From Zancudomyces culisetae HAW-14-8 (lineage: Eukaryota > Fungi > Kickxellomycota), in the NCBI GenBank assembly GCA_052426225.1, contig JBNJNM010000010.1, positions 806,001-870,000 of the forward strand: a DNA stretch of 64,000 nucleotides, given 5' to 3'. Each line of letters starts with the position of its first letter. Positions within the stretch are counted from its first letter, which is position 1. Under the pieces are notes generated by a model. The model worked only from the letters and a program-made list of their open reading frames with translations, had not been told where the DNA came from and did no database searches. A program made the position numbers and the translations under genes. This document shows, piece after piece, positions 1-10,953 of the stretch.

Positions 1-283
1 CAGAGAAATAAACAATAGAGGTAAACAAAGCTAGCAAATAAACTATGAGATACCAGAGTTTAAATCATCTTGAAAAAATTTATTTACCATTTCAACTTTT
101 GTATTTCATACAAACTTTTAAACAAAATATATAAAATAAACGTGAAATTGATTGATAAACGCTCAGTATTGTTCAGAAATACAATTCAACATTTTAAATA
201 AAAAAATAAATATACAAATCAAAATAATAATAACAATAATAAAAAAGAGAATCAAAAGGATAGGAATTGAAAACAGAATAAGT

Positions 284-3079
284 ATGCAGCAACAACATAC
301 GCCAATCAACAGAAAACGAAACATTCCAAATTCGGCAACACCAAAATCCGCACACTCATTGTACACCCCCAGTATGAACAATCCCACACCGACGTCCAAT
401 AACAACGGTAGCTGGAGCAGAGGTCAGGGGACATCGCCAGTTCCTATATCCAATCAGAATGACGATGCTCGGGAACGCCGTCAGCGCCGCAAATCGGGGA
501 TGGAGCGGCGGCGGTCCGAGCTGTTTGTTATGGCGAATCCACAGACACTCACCAATATCTCGCGGCAGCGGCGACGAAAGTCACGGATGGAGGAGACCGA
601 CGATGACGGTATTCTGGGTGGTGGACGCATGGGGGTTGGCGCAGAGGGGTTGCAAGTCAAGCTTCCGGCCTTGACACCAGAAGAATTAAATTCGAGATTT
701 GAGGAATGGATGAAAATAGCTGCTGATAATGTAAGAGCTTGGTTTTTGTTTTTTTTTATTACTAATTTTAAAGTTAGCAAGACAGAATTTAAAATATTGA
801 AATGAGGAGAAAAGCAGCGAGTAAGTGAAAAATAATAATTGTAAAATGTAAATATAGAAAATCAATATGGAAAATACATGGGATTTTGCACTGATCGATT
901 ATTTTTATGATATGAGCTTGTTGAGGGATGGAGAAAGTATAAATTTTCAAAAGGCGTCATGTACGCTGGATGGATGTGTAAAGATATATTCGTCACGAGT
1001 GGATTCTATGGCTACAGAAGCAGGAAAGCTACTGACAGGGTTGGCCAGTACCAACAGTAAGTATTTTAATTGACAGTAGAAAAAGAACAAGATTGATAAA
1101 AGACATGGATAGTTGATGAATTATGTATATTATTATTTGTAATGAATAGAGAGTAATAAAGCAGGAGAAAGTGGGGAAGAGGATGAAGATGGGGAGGAGG
1201 AAGAAGGAGGACAAAGTAAAAAGAGCAAAAAGGCCAGCAAAAGGGTAAGGATAAACAAGGTGGGAAAAAAAATAAGAGTGAGAGGAAAAACGATAATAAC
1301 GAGTATGTATAAAATAAATAGAAAACGGCAACAAACACATTAGTAGCGGATATTTCGGCGATTAGTATAAAAATATTTGATGTGGAAATACGGGTTGATC
1401 CAATGTTTAAAAAGACGTGTGCAGAATTTGATGAGGGAGGAGCGAGTGGGATGATGCTAAATAATCTGGAAATTGAAGAGAGTGGGCAGCTATTGTTTGA
1501 TTCGGGAGAAAAGATGATAACCAAAGAAGAAATGGAGAAGCAACAACAGCAGCAGAGAGAAATGGAGGATAAAGATAATGAGGGAAAGGAAAGTTTGGAA
1601 GAAGAAGAGAATTGGGGAGAGGAGAGTATTAGAGAGATTAAGGATATGGTGGAGGAGATAAAGGGCAATATAGAGCGACAGGTGATTAGTAGAGTACTGG
1701 ATGAGTATGTATTGGAGACGGATGAGAAGATTAATGATATTAAAATAACAAGGTTTATGAATAACAATGAAAGTGAGGATGAAAGAGAGGGGGAAGTTGA
1801 AGGTGAGGAAACAGGTGAAGGAGTGGGAGTGGGAGAAGGAGAAGGAGAAGGAGAAGAAATGGGAATGAATGAAGAGTTTGATATGAATATGGATATGAAT
1901 ATGGATATGGGAATGGATATGGGAATGGATATGGGAATGGATATAGGATATGGAGAAGGGGAAGGGGAAGGGGAGGGGGAAGGGGAAATGGGGGGAGGAG
2001 AAGAAGGAGGGGTTAGATTTAATGCTATAGACATTAATGGAGATGGAGATATAGGGGTAAAAGACAAAGATAAAGATAAAGAGGAAGGAATTGGTGGACA
2101 GGTTCGATTTGATGTTGGAGAAGACCAAGGATACTTTTCATATTTCGATAAAAACTATGCGCGAACGTGGGCAGGACCAGAGCATTGGCGGGTTCCTATA
2201 ACACGAAACAACGTTGGAGGAGATGAGGAGGGAGAAAAAGGAAAGAAAAAAAAACAAAAGAATAACCAGGAAGGCGAGGACCAAGGTGTGGTAAAAGCGA
2301 GTAAGGAGATGATTGATTTTGCAAAGGAGAGGGTAAAAAGCGAAAAGATATTTGAGCGAGCAATCAAAGAAAACAGCATAATGCTGGGTAGGACAAAGGC
2401 GCAAATGAAGAACCGGCAGGTGTTGCCAGTGGACGAGCAGTTTAAATCTGAAAGGTTGTTTAGGATGTTTTTGAAGCCGACTATGGAGTTTCAGACCAAA
2501 GTCAAGACAGGAGTGAAGAGAAAAGAGGAGGATATTGGCAGATTTGTGACGGAAGAAAGAGGAGAGGTACAACTTGATGGTGAAGAGATTGATGTAGACA
2601 ATGATGCAGATCTGGATTTTGAAGAGTATCGATACGAAGCAAGCGAAAACGCAGTGAGCATGACTGGTATGGAAGGAAACATCGACAGTACCAACCCCGA
2701 ATTAAGCATAAACGGTATAAAGAAGGAGGAAGAAAAAGAGGAAGAAGAGAAAAAAGATAGTGAGCAGAATAACCGATATGAAAAAACACAGCTTCGGTTT
2801 ATCAAGCCAGAATATCTGAAATACGCACGTACGGCTAAAAAAGTCAATGTAAAGAAACTCAAAGAAAACATGTGGGCGCTGATTAAAGACAAACCACACA
2901 GTAAGTTCAGCGAGGTGCTGGGTGGGCTGGGGGCGATGTATGCGCAGGATAAGCTGGCCGAATTGTCAACGTCGTTCTGTTTTATTTGTTTGTTGCATTT
3001 GGCAAATGAAAAGGGAGTGCAATTGGATGGAACAGGCGATGAAATCGAGATTCTCAATCAAAATGTAGGAAAATTGTGA
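284..3079 (+). CDS. BRN1: Condensin complex subunit 2 (barren/CAP-H kleisin), 4 exons: 284-730, 858-1056, ~1150-1244, 1322-3079
   Basis: Motifs FEEWMKIAADN|KINMENTWDFALIDYF, NFQKASCTLDGCVKIYSSRVDS, VDPMFKKTCAEFDEGGA, WAGPEHW and SFCFICLLHLANEKG. GT-AG introns join the ORFs in frame. Confidence 0.95.
1815..1990 (+). repeat. Coding microsatellite array (GAAGGA/GAAGGG and GGAATGGATATG units) encoding GE and MDMG repeats in BRN1
   Basis: Tandem 6- and 12-nt units visible in the sequence. Confidence 0.9.
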
Positions 3080-3188
3080 AAAAGAAAAAGGAAAAGGAAA
3101 AAAAAAGGAAAGAAAAAAAAAAAAGCTAGGTACAAGGTTAGAGCTGGATGCTTTTTTATTTATTTATTTTTTCGTTATTAGCCAAGAT

Positions 3189-4568
3189 TTAGGCTGAACG
3201 GTACAGAGTGACTTCTTGTTGCTTGAAATAACGGCGGTTTTCCTCGTCAACCAGTACGAGGTTGAGGTAATACCTGGTTGAAAACTTTTTGTTGATGTCG
3301 CGATAGGTTGGAGTCAGCTCTAAGCCGGCCAGAAACAGACGGATTGGAATAGTCTCTCCGCGGACAGGTGCGCCATCCATGATTTCATATCGCGACACAG
3401 TCTCACTTTCGTTGTACTGGTTGGGAACCGATCCGGTTGTTTCGCGCCGCACTATACACAGTTCCATGTGTTTGATTTTGATACGTACCAGCAGGAAATA
3501 GATTTTGCCTACTATTACATCCTTTAAATGGTAGCTTGTTTTGTTGTATTCAAATTCTAAATGTAAACAGTCTTCAATTCCCACTTCCATTTTTATTGAT
3601 GATGGCATACTTTGTGTAAGATACCGACTATTATCCACCATACTCGCACTCGCACTCGCACTCGCACTTGTAGTCCCGTCTCCTTCACTGCTTGGTAACC
3701 AATGTACCCAAATATCTTTTTCTTTTTCGACTCGCCCGACTTTTTTTTGTACGGTTACCCGGACAAAATACCGCAGCCGTACATTGATTCCTATATATGT
3801 TTCGTATTGTTTTTCTGCATTTTTGAAATCAAACGTATATGCCACTGTGTTTTTAATTGTCGAAAACGGTGCTGCCAGTTCTTTGGTTGACGTTACAAAA
3901 TTATATGTTTGTCCTCGATCATAATACATTTCTATTTCATTATTCATTATTCATTATTCATTGCTCATCACTCATTACTCTTTACTTTTGTATCCTCTGT
4001 ATATTTAGATTAACGTTTATTTTATTTTTTATTCCTTACCTATTGCTCCAATAAACTCCGCCTTGATTCCATGATGTGTAAAACTTGTTTCTTGCCCAAC
4101 ACTAATCACCACCTATTACAGCCCAAAAAATAAAATAAAAAAGTAAAATGAGAAATCCATCAACTGTTATTACTACTGCTTTTACCATTACTTTTACTAT
4201 TGCTTTTATTTTTTTTTTCATTTTCCATTTTAGTCTTACCTTTCCAGAAACACTTTCTCCATCATAATATAATGGTGCTGCCTCTTTGAGTTGTTCTTTA
4301 CCCGTTTTGTATTCAATTTTTTCCCTACTTTCTTCATCTTGCAAGTATATATTGATATCTACGCTTGGTCCGAATCCAAACAAATAGCTCTATAAAGTAT
4401 TTTACCGAATTCAGTTTTAAAGTCGCGCCTCTTTTTTTATTCATTTCATTTCATTTCTTTTCACACACACACACAAATACATAATACATACATATATACA
4501 CACACACTTTTTAAATTCTAGTTATTTCTTTAACCATTTTATATAGTTCAACTTACAGCAAACGACAT
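3189..4568 (-). CDS. VPS26: Retromer subunit Vps26, exons 4568-4557, 4389-4240, 4112-4040, 3931-3189
   Basis: MSFA|SYLFGFG start, PLYYDGESVSGK, IKMEVGIEDCLHLEFEYNK, YEIMDGAPVRGETIPIRLFL, YYLNLVLVDEENRRYFKQQE. Confidence 0.96.
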
Positions 4569-4947
4569 TTTATGTCTACTAACTCTTCGTCTTTTTTATT
4601 TTTTATTTTTACTTTTATGTATTTCTTTTTATATATCTTTTTTCTTTTTTTTTTACAAAAATTGGTTATATTTATTGTGTTTTGTTGTATTCAAGTTTGT
4701 ATTTATTTTATTACATATTTACATATTTACAATTTCCCTTTTACACCTTTTAATTTCCTAGCCAATTCGTTTTTTAATTATAAAAAAAAATTACTCATAT
4801 CCCACCATCCCAAACATTACATAATATTCCATTACTCGGCAAACAACCAAATACATATATATGTATAAAAATCTAAACTGCGCTCGTCACGTGAAATTTG
4901 CCAAATGCGAGCAAAACCAACATATAACCAAACACACACCAAGTCCT

Positions 4948-6784
4948 TCAATTACTATGCCAATAGTTTAATTCTTCTTTTCCTATATTCGAGTAAATAA
5001 AATAATTTAATCGCATTCTCAAGGTAATTACAGTCATATTGTTGTTGTAAATACCAAATAGTGGTAAAGTAAAGAAAATAACAATAATAATAAAAATAAA
5101 TAATAATACAAATAATAATAAAACTTGCCTTTGATAATTCTGGTTCGAATGTAATACGGATTCTTTTCGCGACAACATGCTTCAACTTCTTGGGCGTCAC
5201 TTACATTTACAAACTGTGTATGATTAGTTTGGTACACTTTGTGCTGTTCAAAATACGAATGCACTTGTTGAGCGTGTTCTGCAGTCTTGAACCTTATGTA
5301 CGCACTGACATCACCTGGTTTCCAAGTGATTTTCTCAACTGGATTCTCTCTTGCTATTTCTTTTTGTATCGCTTCGTACATTTGCTGTACATTATCTATG
5401 TCATCACTGGTACCAGTATTTGTTTGTGAATGTGAATGTGAATGTGAATATGGATATGGAAATAGACCATGTACTCGGAGTATTCGACCACTGTTTTTTT
5501 GATTGCTGATTTTATTGGCCTGTAGTCTCTCTGCTTTTCGTATCGCTGCTTGTGCTAATTTCTGCCTCTCTAAGTATTCTTGTTTGAGTTTCTCCCACTC
5601 CTCTCTATAATTTATCCAATATTTATTATTATTCATTTATAATATATCTATATATTATCATACTTACTTTTTCCAAACTGATAATCTAGTAAAATCTCTT
5701 TGTAACTGCATACCACCACAACCACCACAACCACCAATATTATTATTATTACTGTCATTTTTCTCCTTCTTCTCTAAATCTACCTCCTGTTTATTGACCC
5801 AATTGACATTATAACTTTTCCGAATACTTGCCAACACTTCATCCGCATCGCATTCCTGGCTGAATTCAACAAATCCAAACCCATAAAACCTGGATTTATT
5901 ATCATTACCACCCGTCTCCAGATCAATATACGGTTTTACAAACACTACCCGCTTTCCATACTTCAGTTCTATGTACTCCTTTATCCGCTCTGCATTATCA
6001 TATGGCTTCTCAAACCCTTCCTATAAAATATTTTATATCCTCTTTTTTATTTACCAACTCTTTTTTTATTTCTTTTCTTTTCTTTTCTTTTTTTAAAAAA
6101 AAAGTTTAAATTATAAAACGTGTTTTACCATACACTTACAATATACAATGTGCGGTTGTCCACTATATTAATGTCGGTTTCTACATACGGCCTTCTTCTG
6201 CGCACTTGCTGTTTCTTGATATTTGCCTAATCAAGTATTATAAAGTTATTCACTTGTTCCTTTGATATAAATATTGCTATAAATATTGCTGTTTAATAGT
6301 TTACTTGCCTCTAAAACTAGACTGTTTTTTGCCACAAACTTGCATAGCACTGGGAAATCTTCACCTTTACATATTTGGCTGAACCTCGGAAATTCCAAAA
6401 ATACATTTAAATCCATCCCTAAAAGCCATTTTTATTTTTCAGTTTATGTTGTATTCTTTGCACCCACAATAAATACAAAATTTAAAAAAAACTTGGTTAC
6501 GAGAATTACTCGGTAATTACAAACTTACAGCCTCCGACAGAGTCCTGGATCCGTTGTCTAAAATACTCGTCCTTTCGTATATTCCAATCCGAAAAATAAT
6601 ACTCCAACTGTTTCAATGCCTGTGCAATGTATGGCTTTTCCGCAAGCTCCTTGTCGAATTTATCGCCTTTTCTACTGTCGCCACTCTTGTTTACCTGCTG
6701 TTCTGTAGTTTTTGGTTTTTTGTCAATATGCAAATCTTGTTCCATTATGGTTTGTTCAAGTTCGTTTTTAACTTTTTGTACCAT
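4948..6784 (-). CDS. La-related protein of the LARP7/Pof8/p65 type (La motif + RRM1 + C-terminal xRRM), exons 6784-6529, 6418-6309, 6226-6140, 6020-5668, ~5605-5129, 4982-4948
   Basis: La motif KQLEYYFSDWNIRKDEYF..G|WMDLNVFLEFPRF..VRR..P; RRM1 DNRTLYI|EGF..FYGFGFVEF; linker W..K|REEWEKLKQEYLERQK; second RRM GRILRV..SAYIRFKTAEHAQ..IIKG|KEELNYW. The terminal GxEExxYW is the xRRM signature. Confidence 0.8.
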
Positions 6785-7105
6785 TGGGGGGGGTGGAGGG
6801 ATAGAGGCAGAGAGTAATATTTTACAATTGAATCTATACTCTAATAAAATATTAATATTAAAGAAAATTATAAAGCTAGGTTGAATAAAATAAATTATTT
6901 CTCTAGCTATAATGATCAATCTCGAAATGCACGAGTTTTTCGTATTTTCTTTTTTTTATTTTTTTATTTTTTTTTTTACAACATTACCATTTTTTCAACT
7001 TGACATCAAATCCCGACAAATGACAATATCTTTATAATTCGAACATTTTTTTTATTTTACCAAAGCGTTTTTATTAGACTAACGCATTAACACACTAACA
7101 CACCA

Positions 7106-10100
7106 ATGTCACATCCAAGTGACAGGTATAGTGTCAATTTTCAACCTCATTTTACTTGTTTTTATATACAGAAAAACTGGTTGTAGCTTTAAGGTATAAA
7201 TACCTGTGCAGGTAGACTACCAAGTTGATATGAAAATGAAAATGGTAAAAATATTGTATAAAATACCATGATTAGTGAGTATAAAAGTATAGATCATAAC
7301 GATACACAACTGGAGCGAGATGACCGGGATGGCCGGGATGATAAACCTGTTGGTTTAATGGTTAGTAATGGTCGCATTTTTACATGTATAAGGGATATTT
7401 TATGGTAATAATAAAATGAAATATATAAATAAAAATAAAAAATAAATTAATAGAACGTTCTGAGTATCCAAGTGGTAAACGGCATAGTAGGAGCATCAAC
7501 ATACTCATGCATTGATGGAAAGCTCAGCGTTCTTGAAGACAGCAAGGAAAGCGAATGTTTTGAAATATGCAACAAGCTGATAATACAAGAAGTCCCCGAC
7601 ATTATCATCACCAACTCTCGCGAGGATAAGGTTATTGAGATAGCTAACCAAGTTATTCCAATTGTCAATAAACGGCCACTGGTGGTTATAAGACCACTTC
7701 AAGAGTTTTCAACTGTAGTTGGAAAAAACCGGTTAATCTCAGGGTGCACAAAGATAGCCAATTTTCATATCAACAATTCGTCAAACCCCACAAACTCCAA
7801 GAGTGGAGCAAAACATGGAAATTCGGTAGTATCAACGCAGGCAGGCCTTGTGCCAGGTAGCACGGAGGGTTTGATATACAAATGGATAACCAGTGTGCTA
7901 GGTGGCAATAACAGTTTGTCTATTGGTACAGTTGGTGCTTTGTTATCGTATCTCAGTAGTGCAACCAGACAGTTAAATTCCAATTCTGGTCGCCAACAAA
8001 CAAGTCAAGTGATCAATAATAACCAAAACACAGATTTAAGTGGAAATGCAAGTGAATCGCAACATCTTTTGGAAAGCACATTGATTGCAAATGTTAGAAT
8101 CCTTGACATCAAAAAATTAGCCAAGTTGGCGGTACAGCAATTTATGCAGATTAGTGCAAACACAATCCAAGCGCTTAATATATTCTCACATGATAAACAT
8201 CCCAACATGCATGCTACAGGCCACAGAAACAAGGAAGGAATATCTCTTTTTGGTAAGCTTTTCCTAAACAAACAAGCTCAATTTTTAGAATAATAATAAT
8301 AATAATAATATTAATATTAATAAATTAAACATTAGGGTTGCTAGATAAAACAAAGACACCTACAGGAAGGTATATGTGTCAAATATGGATGCTACGGCCG
8401 CTCCAGGACATCAAAGAGATTGAGAGTAGATTGGATTGTATAGAATACTTTGCACATACAACGAATATAACACTTGTCAGTGAATACAGACAGATTATTT
8501 CCAAAGTCAAAAAGATCCAGGTTTCGCTAGACAGACTTTGGTACTTTCCAAACACTAATGACTATGAAAACATTTTAAAGGTTATTATTTTTACTATTCT
8601 TTATCCCCGCTATAAATATTATATTATATTGTTTTATTTCATTTTATTTCATTTTGTTAGCTTTTTATTCTAACGAGTGGGATGTGGCTTCCTTGGTTAT
8701 AATAGTTTTGTTTTGCATGTTTGGAACTGAAAAGGAGGGTAGTTGAACAAAACTATTTTGAAATCGATATTTTGGATGAGGTAAGAAGCAAAATAAGCAT
8801 ACGTTTGTACTTGGATATATTAAGATAGTGAATATATACAAAAGATAAATAGATGTATTGAAGACGAGACATTTAGATGTATTGGAACATTGATAGCCGA
8901 AACTGCAAGTATTCCATTTGCTATGATTGAATATCTTGAGGTTTTGTGTATAGCAAATAAACAGAGATGAACTGAATAAATGATAGGTTGATTTTGAGAA
9001 GAGTGCAATTGAGGGAAGGGTAATAGTCAAACATGGAGTAGACGATGAGCTAGACGAGTTGAATCAAGTATATGAAGGATTGGGAGGATTTCTAGTAAGC
9101 TAAAGCAACATGTTATTCTAATGGAATAGAATAGAATAGAATATTTATTCATGGTTTGTTTGTGATAACAAAAACTTTATAAAAAAAAGAATTCAAAAAA
9201 AAAAAAAAAAACTAAATAGACAAAAGTTGCACAGGAACAGAGTAGATACATACCAGAAGAAATGATAGAGACCATGATAGTTGTATATTTCCCACAGTTG
9301 GGGTATCTTGTATCTACAAAAAATACCGAAATCGAAATAGACGGATGGAAACTACAGTTTAAAACACAAGATCGTATGTACTTCAAGAATCCACGGATGA
9401 CAGAGCTGGATAACTGTCTGGGAGACATTCATGCCCATATTGTTGATCGAGAAATCGAACTAATTCAGCAACTCAAACAGCATATCCGAATGTATTCCGA
9501 GTATCTGCTCACCGTCAACAACTCCATTGCACAATTAGACTGTCTAATGGCATTCGGAATTACAGCGCGCGAACATAATTGGGTTCGTCCAGCTCTTGTG
9601 CCGCATCCAAACACTCTCAGTATCTCTGGTGGCCGACACCCTTTGCTCCAGATTCTTCTAGATAACCGCTTCATCCCCAACGACACTGTACTACACTCAG
9701 GCGATGCCAAGTCCCTAGCCATTGTTATTACCGGTGCAAACTTTTCAGGAAAAAGTGTCTATGCAAAACAAATTGCACTCATCGTCTATATGGCCCACAT
9801 CGGCTTGTTTGTTCCTGCAGACTCTGCAACTATTGGTCTTACCGATCGAATCGAGTCACGCATCAGAGGTTCTGAATCATTGCTGCAGGCCCAGAGCTCG
9901 TTTATGACCGATTTGATTCAGCTGTCCACGTGTGTTCAAACCTCCTCATCGAGTGGCTCACTGATTATTTTGGATGAATTTGGAAAAGGAACCAATCCCA
10001 ATGGTAAGTTCAAACCCTCATCTGTTCTACCTTTATATCCTACTTTTTATTCACTCATTTATCTACTCATTTGCTCATTAATTATCAGATAATTTAACTC

Positions 10101-10558
10101 TTTTTTTCTTTTTTTTTTTTTCTACTCCTATTTCAAACTTAGATGGACTGGCCTTGTTGGCTGCCACCATCGAGTATTTCTTACTTGGTCCCGCAAAATC
10201 AGTAAAGCTGATTGTTACCACCCATTTTATTGAGCTCTATCAAATTGCCCAACTCCGAAATATAGCTCATCTACTTTTTTGGTATCAAACACTTGTAATT
10301 TCCTCTTCCTCTTCCTCTTCCTCTTCCTCTTTCACCACCACCACCTCCTCACCATCAACACCTTCTCACGATGGATCGCCGCAAAACACCGACAAAAATT
10401 CCGACTCTTTGGTCTTTTGCTACAAACTGGTTGATGGTGTTTATGCAAACAATTTTGCCTTGAAATGTGCCGAACTCGCTGGTATTCCACAATCTATTAT
10501 AAAAACCGCCGCTCAGTTTCTATCTTCCACCCTTAAATCAAATACATTAACTATTTAA
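7106..10558 (+). CDS. MSH5: MutS homolog 5 (meiotic MutS-gamma subunit), multi-exon; first exons less certain
   Basis: ALNIFSHDKHP..KEGISLFG|LLDKTKT, WMLRPL, VDFEKS..VKHGVDDELDEL..YEGL, YFPQLGYL, Walker A ITGANFSGKSVY, QSSFMTDL, Walker B LIILDEFGKGT, VTTHF. Confidence 0.92.
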
Positions 10559-10560
10559 TT

Positions 10561-10592
10561 CTTCCCACTTCCCACTTCCCACTTCCCACTTC
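10561..10592 (+). repeat. (CTTCCCA)n heptamer repeat just after the MSH5 stop
   Basis: About 4.5 copies, visible in the sequence. Confidence 0.85.
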
Positions 10593-10953
10593 CTTATTCA
10601 TTTCATTTTTTTTATTTTTGAGTTGAACTTTGTGTTTTATTCTTACTTTGTCTTTTAAAATACATTTAACCCGCTCTCAAACTAAAATCCCAAACCACAT
10701 CCCCTCTTTCCTCCCCCCCCCACTTAATCCTTAACCCATCCACTTTTCCCTACTCGAATAATAATCCTTTTTTTTTATTTAACAGAAAAAATTACTTGTT
10801 CAGAAAATAGAATCTCTTGACTAAAAGAAGTTTAAACCCCAACCTCAACTATAGAAGCTTTACTTATTGCGAATTTCTCATAAACCACGCTAGATAAAGA
10901 AAAGGAAATAAAAAGGAAATAAAAAGGAAACAAAAGACAAAAGAGAAAAGAGA

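Noticed and set aside
152-283. N-terminal extension of the BRN1 ORF from the TTG at 152
   Set aside because: A-rich UTR-like sequence; the first ATG is at 284.
1066-2128. Long antisense ORFs rich in SP, ISIP and HI repeats
   Set aside because: Shadows of the purine-rich microsatellite coding region of BRN1.
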